Both the position numbers and the translations under genes were made by a program. DNA of 64,000 nt. It comes from a candidate division FCPU426 bacterium (GTDB lineage: Bacteria; Oederibacteriota; JAAXVQ01; JAUVAV01). This document shows positions 8,991 through 17,219 of this stretch, in pieces. The DNA lies in NCBI GenBank assembly GCA_040756875.1, contig JBFLYH010000001.1:224001-288000 (forward strand). Direction: 5' to 3'. The first letter of the stretch is position 1; the number at the start of each line of letters is the position of its first letter. Below the pieces are notes generated by a model. It worked only from the letters and a program-made list of their open reading frames with translations, was not told the origin of the DNA and did no database searches.

Positions 8991-10091
8991 ATGAGACCGT
9001 TGTTGGCGGCGATATTCATGGGAATTTGGTTCCTGGCGGGAATAGGAGGAGATCCAGCCATGGCTAAAACAGACCAGCAATGGGAGACAGCCATAGTAGC
9101 GGGCGGTTGCTTCTGGTGCTTGCAGGGTCCGTTCGAAGCACTGCCTGGTGTTAAAAAAGTCACGGTGGGATATACGGGCGGACACAAGGATCGTCCCACG
9201 TACGAGGAGGTTAGCACGGGCCGGACCGGGCACTATGAAGCCGTCAAGGCGGAATTCGACCCGGCGCAAATTTCCTATGAACGAATTCTCGAGGCTTTTT
9301 GGCGGCAAATCGATCCCACGGACCCGAACGGCCAGTTCGTGGACCAAGGCAGCCAGTATCGTACCGCCGTTTTTTACCTCACTGAGGAGCAAAAACGCGT
9401 TGCCGAGGCATCGCGGAAAACCTTGGCGCAAAGCCGCCGCTTTGCCAGCCCGATCGCGACGGAAATCAAGCCCGCGGCCGCGTTCTGGCCGGCTGAAGAG
9501 CATCATCAGGGATATTACCGCACTTGCCAGGTGCAGTATGAGTTCTACCGTTCGCATTCAGGGCGTGATTCATTTATCTCCAAATTCTGGGGGCCCAAGG
9601 CCGTGTCGCCTCATCCGGAACCCGCGAAGCAGGAGTACCCAAAACCGCCGGATGCGGAATTGCGCAAGAAATTGACGCCTCAGCAATATGAAGTGACCCA
9701 GGCCTGCGGCACGGAACCCGCTTTCCTCAACGCCTACTGGGACAATCACCGGGAAGGCCTGTACGTGGATGTGGTGAGCGGCGAGCCGTTGTTCAGTTCC
9801 CGCGACAAGTTCAATTCCGGAACCGGCTGGCCGAGCTTCACCAAACCCCTGACCTCCGGGAGCGTGGTGGAAAAAAAGGACGCCAGCCACGGTCTGGAAA
9901 GGACCGAGGTGCGCAGCCGCCAGGCTGACTCCCACCTCGGGCACGTGTTTGCAGACGGACCCGGGCCGGACGGCCTGAGGTATTGCATCAACTCCGCGGC
10001 CCTGCGCTTTATCCCCAAGGAGAACCTGGCCCAGGAGGGCTACGGCGAATATCTCCGGCTTTTCAACGGACCCAGCAAGACCGCGAAGTGA
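8991..10091 (+). CDS. msrAB: Bifunctional peptide methionine sulfoxide reductase MsrA-MsrB with signal peptide
   Basis: GCFWC, GHYEAV and AEEHHQGY (MsrA); GTGWPSF, HLGHVF and RYCINS (MsrB); AGGAG RBS. Confidence 0.93.
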   Translation: MRPLLAAIFMGIWFLAGIGGDPAMAKTDQQWETAIVAGGCFWCLQGPFEALPGVKKVTVGYTGGHKDRPTYEEVSTGRTGHYEAVKAEFDPAQISYERILEAFWRQIDPTDPNGQFVDQGSQYRTAVFYLTEEQKRVAEASRKTLAQSRRFASPIATEIKPAAAFWPAEEHHQGYYRTCQVQYEFYRSHSGRDSFISKFWGPKAVSPHPEPAKQEYPKPPDAELRKKLTPQQYEVTQACGTEPAFLNAYWDNHREGLYVDVVSGEPLFSSRDKFNSGTGWPSFTKPLTSGSVVEKKDASHGLERTEVRSRQADSHLGHVFADGPGPDGLRYCINSAALRFIPKENLAQEGYGEYLRLFNGPSKTAK

Positions 10092-10123
10092 AAGCTCCCG
10101 CAGCCGAAGCCCGCAGGGCAGGC

Positions 10124-10152
10124 TTGACAATCGCTATGGCCTGTGCTAAATT
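10124..10152 (+). promoter_or_regulatory. Sigma70 promoter of the ilv leader
   Basis: TTGACA-N17-TAAATT with an extended -10 TG. Confidence 0.75.
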
Positions 10153-10188
10153 TCATCCAGCTTCATTTTGAGAAAGGAAGTTGCATCC

Positions 10189-10284
10189 ATGCAGCGAGCT
10201 GGCATGACCCACACTGCTCCCGCAGATCTGCGCCTCGTCGGCGTAGCGGTAGTCGTGCGCGTCGTAGACGCCAGCGCGCTGTAG
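10189..10284 (+). CDS. ilvBN attenuation leader peptide (31 aa, MQRAGMTHTAPADLRLVGVAVVVRVVDASAL)
   Basis: AAAGGA RBS; 7 Val and 3 Leu codons; lies directly before a terminator and ilvB. Confidence 0.8.
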   Translation: MQRAGMTHTAPADLRLVGVAVVVRVVDASAL

Positions 10285-10302
10285 CGGGACCGCTTAGAGC
10301 CG

Positions 10303-10341
10303 ACCCCCCGCTGGCGCGAGCCGGCGGGGGGTTTTTATTTT
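10303..10341 (+). terminator. Attenuator terminator of ilvBN
   Basis: Stem CCCCCCGCTGGC-GCGA-GCCGGCGGGGGG plus a U-tract; its 5' arm can alternatively pair with CGCCAGCG near the end of the leader ORF. Confidence 0.85.
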
Positions 10342-10397
10342 CCCGCCAGAACCGGCCGCAGCCAGCAGGGCATTTCATCCTCAAGGAGGAAACTGCC

Positions 10398-12086
10398 ATG
10401 CCCAAGCTGACCGGAGCCCACCTGATCGTCAAATTGCTCGAAAGACAGGGAATCCGCGTAATCGCGGGAATTCCCGGAGGATCCAACCTGCCGCTGTACG
10501 ACGCGCTGTCCGCCAGCCGCCTGATCCGTCACGTGCTGGCGCGCCACGAACAGGGCGCGGGCTTTATGGCCCAGGGCATGGCGCGCGTGACCGGACGGGC
10601 CCAGGTGTGTTTTGCCACTTCGGGCCCGGGAGCGACCAACATCCTGACCGCCATTGCGGACGCCAAGCTGGATTCGGTGCCCGTGGTGTGCATCACCGGC
10701 CAGGTGCCGGGCAGCCTGATCGGCACGGACGCCTTTCAGGAGGTGGACACCTACGGCATGACCATCCCCATCACCAAGCACAATTTCCTGGTGCGCAGCG
10801 CGGAGGAACTGCTGTCCACGGTTCCCGAGGCGTTCCGGATCGCGGCCAGCGGCCGGCCCGGCCCGGTGCTGATCGACGTGCCCAAGGATGTGCAGCAGCA
10901 AACCGTCAACGTGGACCGCTGGCCAGGACCCGGCCGGCCCGATCCGCCGCCCCGGATCCCCGGGCCGGCGCTGAAGCGCATCGCGGACCTGATCAATGCC
11001 GCCCAGCGGCCGATTTTGTACCTGGGCGGCGGTGTGATCAGCGCCAACGCCGGTCCGGCGGCCGCACGCGTGGCGGAAAAAGCGGGCCTGCCCGTGGTGG
11101 GCACGCTCCTGGCCCTGGGCGCGCTGCCGGACGGGCATCCGCGCTTCCTGGGCATGCTGGGCATGCACGGCAGCCGCCACGTCAACCTGGCGCTGGAAGA
11201 ATGCGATCTGCTCGTTGCTGTGGGCGCGCGTTTCGACGACCGCGCCACGGGCAAGGCGTCCGAATTCTGTCCTCAGGCCAGGATCATCCATATCGACATT
11301 GATGACAGTGAGGTGGGGAAGGTCAAGCAGCCGGCGGCCGCGTTGGTCGCGAATGCAAAATCAGCCTTGGAAGCGCTCCTGGCCGGCCTCCGGAAAAATC
11401 CCCGGGCCGCTTGGCAGGAAAAAATCAGGGCCCTCAGGGCCGCCCACCCGCCGCAGCTCCCGGGGCTCGGCGATCCGGCCGCACCGTACGGGCTGATCCG
11501 CCTGGCGGGCGAAGCGCTGGGGCCTGACGCCATCGTGGCCACGGACGTGGGGCAGCACCAGATGTGGACCGCCCAGGCGTATCCCATCCGGCGGCCCAGG
11601 CACTGGCTCACTTCCGGCGGCTTGGGCACCATGGGCTTCGGCCTGCCGGCTGCCATCGGCGCGGCCCTGGCTGAACCGGATAAAACCGTGGCGCTCTTTA
11701 CGGGCGACGGCAGCCTGCTGATGAACATCCAGGAAATGGCCACCCTGGCCGAGGAAAGACTGAACGTGAAGATCATCCTGCTGAACAACCGCGCGCTCGG
11801 GCTGGTGCGGCAACAGCAACACCTGTTCTACGGCCGCCGCATCTTCGCGGCGGATTTCCGCCTGCACGCGGATTTCACGGCGATTGCGCGCGGCTTCGGT
11901 TTGCCGGCCGTGGACCTGGCGCAGAGCGGCGATCCGGCCCGGAGCCTGGCGCAGGCCCTGCGCCGGCCGGGGCCGGTCCTGATCCATGCGCCCATTGACG
12001 CCCGCGAGCAGGTGCTGCCCATGGTGCCGCCCGGCGCAGCCAACCGGAATATGATAGGGGAAGGTGATCGCCATGCGCAGCGATAG
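10398..12086 (+). CDS. ilvB: Acetolactate synthase, large subunit
   Basis: GIPGG, RHEQGAGFMA, TSGPGATN, DAFQE, DVGQHQMW and GDGSLLMN (TPP motif); AAGGAGG RBS before ATG 10398. Confidence 0.95.
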   Translation: MPKLTGAHLIVKLLERQGIRVIAGIPGGSNLPLYDALSASRLIRHVLARHEQGAGFMAQGMARVTGRAQVCFATSGPGATNILTAIADAKLDSVPVVCITGQVPGSLIGTDAFQEVDTYGMTIPITKHNFLVRSAEELLSTVPEAFRIAASGRPGPVLIDVPKDVQQQTVNVDRWPGPGRPDPPPRIPGPALKRIADLINAAQRPILYLGGGVISANAGPAAARVAEKAGLPVVGTLLALGALPDGHPRFLGMLGMHGSRHVNLALEECDLLVAVGARFDDRATGKASEFCPQARIIHIDIDDSEVGKVKQPAAALVANAKSALEALLAGLRKNPRAAWQEKIRALRAAHPPQLPGLGDPAAPYGLIRLAGEALGPDAIVATDVGQHQMWTAQAYPIRRPRHWLTSGGLGTMGFGLPAAIGAALAEPDKTVALFTGDGSLLMNIQEMATLAEERLNVKIILLNNRALGLVRQQQHLFYGRRIFAADFRLHADFTAIARGFGLPAVDLAQSGDPARSLAQALRRPGPVLIHAPIDAREQVLPMVPPGAANRNMIGEGDRHAQR

Positions 12087-12372
12087 AACCGGACAGCAGA
12101 GGATCGTGCTCGAACTGACCGTGAACAACCATCCGGGTGTCATGTCGCACGTGAGCGGCCTGTTTGCACGCCGGGCCTACAATGTGGAGGGCATTCTGTG
12201 CCTGCCCGTGGGCAGGGGAACCACGAGCCGCATCTGGCTGCTGGTAGACGAGGAGGAGCGGCTGGAGCAGGTGATCAAGCAGGTGCGGAAGCTGCACGAC
12301 GTGCTGAACGTGCGGCGGCATGGAGCCGGGCACCGCGTGTTCCTGAAACTGGAAAAAGTTTTCAGGGAATGA
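12073..12372 (+). CDS. ilvN: Acetolactate synthase, small regulatory subunit (ACT domain)
   Basis: VNNHPGVMSHVSGLFARRAYNVEGI; overlaps the ilvB stop. Confidence 0.92.
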   Translation: MRSDRTGQQRIVLELTVNNHPGVMSHVSGLFARRAYNVEGILCLPVGRGTTSRIWLLVDEEERLEQVIKQVRKLHDVLNVRRHGAGHRVFLKLEKVFRE

Positions 12373-12394
12373 TACTACGGAGGCAATACATTTC

Positions 12395-12501
12395 ACCACG
12401 AAGACACGAAGGGCCCGAAGGAAAGAATGGTCCGGAGTTAATGAGTTTCAACCCAGTTCCCTTCGTGTCCTTCGTGGTCATTTCTTCGTGCGCTTCGTGG
12501 T
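12395..12501. repeat. Intergenic palindrome built from CACGAAG/CTTCGTG heptamers
   Basis: ACCACGAAGACACGAAGGG (12395-12413) pairs with CCCTTCGTGTCCTTCGTGGT (12459-12478); a second right arm at 12484-12501; lies between convergent genes. Confidence 0.7.
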
Positions 12502-12508
12502 CGTCTTT

Positions 12509-13159
12509 CTAAAGCGTTCCGCTGATTTCCTGGTCCAGGCGGTTGAAGAAGGATTCCATGAACGCGTGGCGCTCCTCGGCCAGGCGCTTGCCGCTGGCGG
12601 TCAGGATGCGCTCGCGCACGTGGCGCAGCTTGACCCGGTATTCGCGATAGGCCGTGTCCTCGGGGGAGTAAGCCGGGGTCTCTTCGATGTCCGGCCGGGG
12701 ATTGTGCAGCTTGGCGCCCACCTCGCCGGCGAAGAGGAACGCCCGGCCGATGCCGACCGCGCCGATGGCGTCCAGCTTGTCCGCGTCAAACAGCACCTTG
12801 GCTTCCAGGGTTTCGGGCGCCGGGCCTTTGCGGAAACGGTGGGTGCTGATGCAGTGCGCGACCGCATCAATCACCGCCGGTTCCAGGTGATGGCGCCCCA
12901 GAAGCGTCCGGGCCAATTCCGCGCCCCGGGCCGCGTGATCCAGGGTGCCATTGGACAGGTCTTCCTCGGCCCGGCCGATGTCGTGCAGCACGGTGGCCAG
13001 GCGCACGATGCCCAGGTCGGCGCCTTCGTCGGCCCCGATCCGCTCGGCCAGGGCCAGCACGCGTTCCGTATGCTCCCAGTCATGCGAGCCTTTGGCGCCC
13101 CGAAAGCGGCTTTGGACTTCGAATTTAATCGTCTCGAACAACGCTTCAGTCAGGTTCAA
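12509..13159 (-). CDS. HD-domain phosphohydrolase (YedJ-like)
   Basis: SHDWEHTERV, LHDIGR, THRFR and DADKLDAIGAVGIGR; start is TTG 13159 (after GGAGG) or ATG 13177. Confidence 0.85.
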   Translation of the reverse strand: MNLTEALFETIKFEVQSRFRGAKGSHDWEHTERVLALAERIGADEGADLGIVRLATVLHDIGRAEEDLSNGTLDHAARGAELARTLLGRHHLEPAVIDAVAHCISTHRFRKGPAPETLEAKVLFDADKLDAIGAVGIGRAFLFAGEVGAKLHNPRPDIEETPAYSPEDTAYREYRVKLRHVRERILTASGKRLAEERHAFMESFFNRLDQEISGTL

Positions 13160-13231
13160 TGCCGGCCGGCCTCCCATAAAGGATGGCGCATTATAGTATG
13201 TAATCATAAAATATGGGGCTGAAATTTACGC

Positions 13232-13260
13232 TTGACTAATAATGAGCATATGCTCAAAAT
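13232..13260 (+). promoter_or_regulatory. Promoter of the DUF134 operon with a palindromic operator
   Basis: TTGACT-N17-CAAAAT; perfect palindrome TGAGCATATGCTCA (13243-13256) in the spacer. Confidence 0.7.
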
Positions 13261-13279
13261 GACGCTGGAGGACGACGCC

Positions 13280-13756
13280 ATGTCCAGACCCCGTTTCTGC
13301 CGGCGTGTAGCCGGCACGCCCATCGCTCCGGTTTTCAAATCCGCCGGCATACCGGCCAGCCAGCTCGAGGAAGTGGTCCTGACGCTGGACGAATTCGAAG
13401 CCATCCGCCTGGCGGACGGAGAAGCGCTCTACCAGGAACAGGCGGCGGAGAAAATGAATGTCTCCCGCCAGACCTTTGGCCGCATTATCGAAAGCGCGCA
13501 CAAAAAAATCGCCGATTGCCTGGTCCGCGGCAAAGCCCTGCGCATCGAAGGCGGGGTGGTGGCCGTAGCCGGCAAGAGGACTTTTGTCTGCGGCCAGTGC
13601 GGGCATCAATGGCACGAGGAATTTGGAACCGGCCGGCCACAGGTCTGTCCTGCCTGCCAGAGCCCGTCTCTGCGGCGAATGGACGGGGGTTGCGGAGGCC
13701 GCGGCCATGGGCAGGGCCGTTGGGGCAGGGGCTGGTCCGGCGGAGAAAACGCCTGA
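13280..13756 (+). CDS. DUF134 (UPF0251) HTH protein with C-terminal CxxC...CxxC ribbon
   Basis: LTLDEFEAIRLAD, AAEKMNVSRQTFGRI and KALRIEGG; CGQC...CPAC. Confidence 0.88.
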   Translation: MSRPRFCRRVAGTPIAPVFKSAGIPASQLEEVVLTLDEFEAIRLADGEALYQEQAAEKMNVSRQTFGRIIESAHKKIADCLVRGKALRIEGGVVAVAGKRTFVCGQCGHQWHEEFGTGRPQVCPACQSPSLRRMDGGCGGRGHGQGRWGRGWSGGENA

Positions 13757-13833
13757 AAGCGGCTTTCGGGGTTTGCGGGCTGGGGGCTAGGGATCGAAAA
13801 AATCGGAGCATCAGTCTCCAAAGGAGGCAGGAC

Positions 13834-14172
13834 ATGAAGATAGCCATTCCCATGGCTCAAGGAACCTTGAGCCGCCATTTTGGACACTGCGAGGAGTTTG
13901 CCCTGGTGGAGGTGGACGAAGCGCAGAAAAAAATTACGGGCCAGACGCGCGTCACGCCGCCGCCGCACGAGCCCGGCGTACTGCCGCGCTGGCTGCATGA
14001 GCAGGGCGCGCAGGTTATCATTGCGGGCGGCATGGGGCAGCGGGCGCAGGATCTTCTTGCACAAAGCAGCATACGCGTCATCGTGGGCGTGGAGTCGGAA
14101 AGCGTGGAGGAATTGGTGGCGTTGTTTTTATCCGGAAGACTGCGAACCGGCGCCAATCTTTGCGACCATTGA
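13834..14172 (+). CDS. NifB/NifX-family (FeMo-cofactor-binding domain) protein
   Basis: MKIAIP...HFGHC, PPPHEPG, GGMG, C-terminal NLCDH; AAGGAGG RBS. Confidence 0.88.
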   Translation: MKIAIPMAQGTLSRHFGHCEEFALVEVDEAQKKITGQTRVTPPPHEPGVLPRWLHEQGAQVIIAGGMGQRAQDLLAQSSIRVIVGVESESVEELVALFLSGRLRTGANLCDH

Positions 14173-14218
14173 GGCAACCGCCTACAGCGGCGGAATGAAG
14201 AAAAAGGAGGATTCGATC

Positions 14219-14608
14219 ATGCCAAGAGGAGACAGGACTGGACCAAGGGGAATGGGTTCCATGACCGGAAGGGCGGCAGGTTATTGCGCGGGGAACAACA
14301 TGCCGGGGTATGCCAACGCTGTTGGTGGACGCGGAATGGGAGCCGGCCTAGGGAGAGGCCGGGGTTTTGGCGGGCGCGGAGGTGGTTTTTGGGGCCGCGC
14401 TTTTGGCGGAGGCGGCCGGGGCTGGCGGAATTGGTTTGGAGCCGTAGCCGGGCCTGGATATGCGGCTTCGGCAGCGCCCAATCCATCCCTTACGCCCAAG
14501 TCGGAAAGGCAGGCTTTGAAAAACCAGGCGCAAATGCTGCAAATGGAAATGGCCAACATTCAAAAGCGCCTGGATGAGATGGATGCGGCCGGTAAAGGAG
14601 AGGAATAA
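14219..14608 (+). CDS. DUF5320-family Gly/Arg-rich protein
   Basis: MPRGDRTGPRGMGSMTGRAAGYC start, GRG repeats, C-terminal coiled coil. Confidence 0.85.
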   Translation: MPRGDRTGPRGMGSMTGRAAGYCAGNNMPGYANAVGGRGMGAGLGRGRGFGGRGGGFWGRAFGGGGRGWRNWFGAVAGPGYAASAAPNPSLTPKSERQALKNQAQMLQMEMANIQKRLDEMDAAGKGEE

Positions 14609-14929
14609 ATGAAACTTGGGGTTATTATTACCCAGACTGATCCGGAAACGGTTTTTAACGCGCTTCGTCTGGCGTTGTATAGCCTGGACCAGGGCGATCA
14701 AGTGCGAATCTTTCTATCGGGACGCGGCGTGGAAATCGACAGGATCGAGGACGCCCAGTTCAAGGTTAAATCCCTGGCCGCGCAACTGTTGGACAAAGGG
14801 GGTAAATTTTTAGCCTGCGGCGCTTGCTTGAAACTTCGCGAGTCGGCAGGTTCGGAAATATGCCCGCTATCGACCCTGAAAGACCAGTATGAGCTGGTGC
14901 GTGATTCGGACCGGGTCCTGACTTTTTAA
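14609..14929 (+). CDS. DsrE-family protein
   Basis: NALRLA, IFLSGRGVE, ACGACLKLR, SDRVLTF. Confidence 0.85.
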   Translation: MKLGVIITQTDPETVFNALRLALYSLDQGDQVRIFLSGRGVEIDRIEDAQFKVKSLAAQLLDKGGKFLACGACLKLRESAGSEICPLSTLKDQYELVRDSDRVLTF

Positions 14930-14951
14930 CCCGGTTTTTGAGGAGAGGAAA

Positions 14952-15314
14952 ATGAAAATCGCTTTCACGACTTCCGGGGAAGACCTGAACGCCCCGCTGG
15001 ACAACCGTTTTGGGCGCGCCGCGAAGTTTTTGGTTTACGATTTGGACTCCAAAACCTTTGCGGTGGTTGACAATCAGCAAAATCTGAACGCTGCGCAGGG
15101 CGCCGGCATTCAAGCCGCCGAGACCGTGGTCAACACCGGCGCCAACTTTCTGGTTACAGGCCACTGCGGCCCCAAGGCGTTTAAAGTGCTGATGGCGGCT
15201 GGAATCAAAGTATTTAATACCCAGGCTGCCATCGTATCTGAAGCACTGCGGCAGTATCTTGACGGAAAGCTGGCCGAAGCCCGATCCGCGGATGTGGAAG
15301 GTCACTGGGTATGA
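14952..15314 (+). CDS. NifB/NifX-family protein (second copy)
   Basis: RFGRA, AAQGAGIQAA, TGHCGPKAF, DVEGHW. Confidence 0.88.
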   Translation: MKIAFTTSGEDLNAPLDNRFGRAAKFLVYDLDSKTFAVVDNQQNLNAAQGAGIQAAETVVNTGANFLVTGHCGPKAFKVLMAAGIKVFNTQAAIVSEALRQYLDGKLAEARSADVEGHWV

Positions 15315-16165
15315 TCGTGGCCGTGGCTTCGGGCAAGGGCGGGACCGGCAAAACCACGGTTTCGCTCAACCTGGCCAACGCCTGGCCCGGGCCGGTCCAG
15401 CTCGTGGACTGCGATGTGGAGGAACCCAATTGCCATTTGTTTTTACAGGGCTTGCCGGCTGGGGAAAAACCGGTCGCATTGCTGATTCCGCAAGTGGACG
15501 AATCGCGGTGCGACGGCTGCGGCGAGTGCAGCCGCTTTTGCCAGTTCCATGCCATTGCCGCTGCAGGCGGCAAGGCTCTGGTGTTTTCTGAATTGTGCCA
15601 TGCCTGCGGCGGTTGCAGTCTGGTTTGCCCGCGCCAGGCGATCCGGGAGGTTCCGAAGCGCATTGGGGTCGTTAGTGTGCTGCAAGCAGGCCAGATGACC
15701 TTGATTCAGGGTAGACTCGATGTGGGTGTGGCGACAGCGCCGCCGCTCATCCGGGCGGTCAAGGCCTGCGTGAATCCGGCGCTGCCTGTGATCGTGGACG
15801 CGCCCCCTGGAACTTCCTGCCCGGTGGTCGCCGCGGTTCGAGAGGCGAATTATGTTCTCCTGGTCACCGAGCCCACGCCTTTTGGTTTGCATGACTTGAC
15901 GCTGGCTGTGGATACCATTCGGGCGCTGAAGCTTCCCTTCGGCGTGGTGGTGAACCGCATGGGTGTGGGCGATGATCGAGTGCAGGCGTATTGCCGGCAA
16001 CAAGGAATAGAGATCATGCTGGAAATACCGGACGACCGGCGCATTGCCGAGGCCTATTCGCGCGCCGAACTTGCGGCCTGCGTTCTGCCTGAGTATGGCG
16101 CACTGTTCCATACGCTGCGAAATCGGGTATTGAGCCGGATGGCAGAAGCGGAGAGGAACGTCTGA
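15311..16165 (+). CDS. MinD-superfamily P-loop ATPase with inserted 2x[4Fe-4S] ferredoxin domain
   Basis: SGKGGTGKTT, DCDVEEPN, CDGCGECSRFC, CHACGGCSLVCP, DAPPGTSCP. Confidence 0.9.
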   Translation: MIVAVASGKGGTGKTTVSLNLANAWPGPVQLVDCDVEEPNCHLFLQGLPAGEKPVALLIPQVDESRCDGCGECSRFCQFHAIAAAGGKALVFSELCHACGGCSLVCPRQAIREVPKRIGVVSVLQAGQMTLIQGRLDVGVATAPPLIRAVKACVNPALPVIVDAPPGTSCPVVAAVREANYVLLVTEPTPFGLHDLTLAVDTIRALKLPFGVVVNRMGVGDDRVQAYCRQQGIEIMLEIPDDRRIAEAYSRAELAACVLPEYGALFHTLRNRVLSRMAEAERNV

Positions 16166-16776
16166 TGGCAGCCGAAAGGAAGGAACCATCCTATTGCCGG
16201 TCATGCCATGCGGCTTTTTGGCAGGGCGTCTTCCAGGCGGAGACGGCGTATCTTGAACGGCATTTGCGGGGTTGCAGAAAAGTGCTCAGCGTGGGCTGCG
16301 GTCCGGCTAATATTGAAGGGAACCTGCTTTGCGCCGGCTTCGATCTAACCGGATTGGATGTTTCCCGGGAAGCGCTTGCAGGCGCGCCAGAAGGGCTTCG
16401 AACCATGATCGGCCGGGCGGAAAAACTGCCGTTTGTGGAAAATTCGTTTGATGCCGTGGTGTTTATCGCGTCACTGCAGTTTGTGGAGGATTACCGCCAG
16501 GCGCTCGCGGAAGCTGCGCGGGTGCTGCGGCCCGGCGGGAAGGTGATCGCCTTGCTCTTGAATCCGAAATCGCCTTTTTATCGGGAACGCCGCGCCAATC
16601 CCAATTCGTACGTGAGGCACATTAAGGCTGCCGGCGTCGAAGATATCCTGGCGGCTGCAGAGGGCAGGTTCAGCGTCCAGGACGAGTATTTTCTGGGCAT
16701 ACGCGGTGAGACGGTTTACGAGAGCCGCGATCCCTCTGAGGCAGCCATATACGCGATCAGAGGCATAGTTCGATGA
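16165..16776 (+). CDS. Class I SAM-dependent methyltransferase
   Basis: VLSVGCGP, LPF..NSFDAV, RVLRPGG. Confidence 0.85.
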   Translation: MAAERKEPSYCRSCHAAFWQGVFQAETAYLERHLRGCRKVLSVGCGPANIEGNLLCAGFDLTGLDVSREALAGAPEGLRTMIGRAEKLPFVENSFDAVVFIASLQFVEDYRQALAEAARVLRPGGKVIALLLNPKSPFYRERRANPNSYVRHIKAAGVEDILAAAEGRFSVQDEYFLGIRGETVYESRDPSEAAIYAIRGIVR

Positions 16777-17120
16777 GCGTGGAAGAGGAAAAATTCCAGG
16801 AGGTGTTGCAGGATGAACTCCGCGCCCGGGAGGCGGCATGCAGCCTGCTGGGTGTGCAACCAGGTGCTGGGACAGAGGTGTTAAAAGCCGCGTATCGGCG
16901 GGCAGCCATGACGCAGCACCCGGACCGGAACCCCGGGGATTCTGCGGCGGCGAGGAAATTTATACTGATCAAATGCGCATATGAACTGTTGGCCAATGGC
17001 GTGCAGTGCGGAGAACTGCTACGAAAGATCAGCTCTTGGAACGACATGCCCGAGACCGTCCGCCACCAATTGGATAGTCCTTGGGGTTACTTCACATGGT
17101 GGCGGGACAATTATTTTTAA
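16773..17120 (+). CDS. Small J-domain (DnaJ-like) protein
   Basis: LLGV...LKAAYRR...HPDRNPGD...AYELL. Confidence 0.82.
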   Translation: MSVEEEKFQEVLQDELRAREAACSLLGVQPGAGTEVLKAAYRRAAMTQHPDRNPGDSAAARKFILIKCAYELLANGVQCGELLRKISSWNDMPETVRHQLDSPWGYFTWWRDNYF

Positions 17121-17219
17121 CCAGGATACGCGGGCGGCAGGGCGGCGGAAGAGAACCGTTTACTCGGCCGACGATGAAAAGTGAAAAGCGCAGGCTTTGA
17201 AAGAGGGGCCCTAAACGGC

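Noticed and set aside
10143-10397. 85-aa N-terminal extension of IlvB in the ORF track
   Set aside because: The region is the promoter, leader and attenuator; a strong RBS precedes ATG 10398
13834-15314. NifX-like genes as evidence of nitrogen fixation
   Set aside because: No nifHDK/ENB in the window; this domain is common in non-diazotrophs
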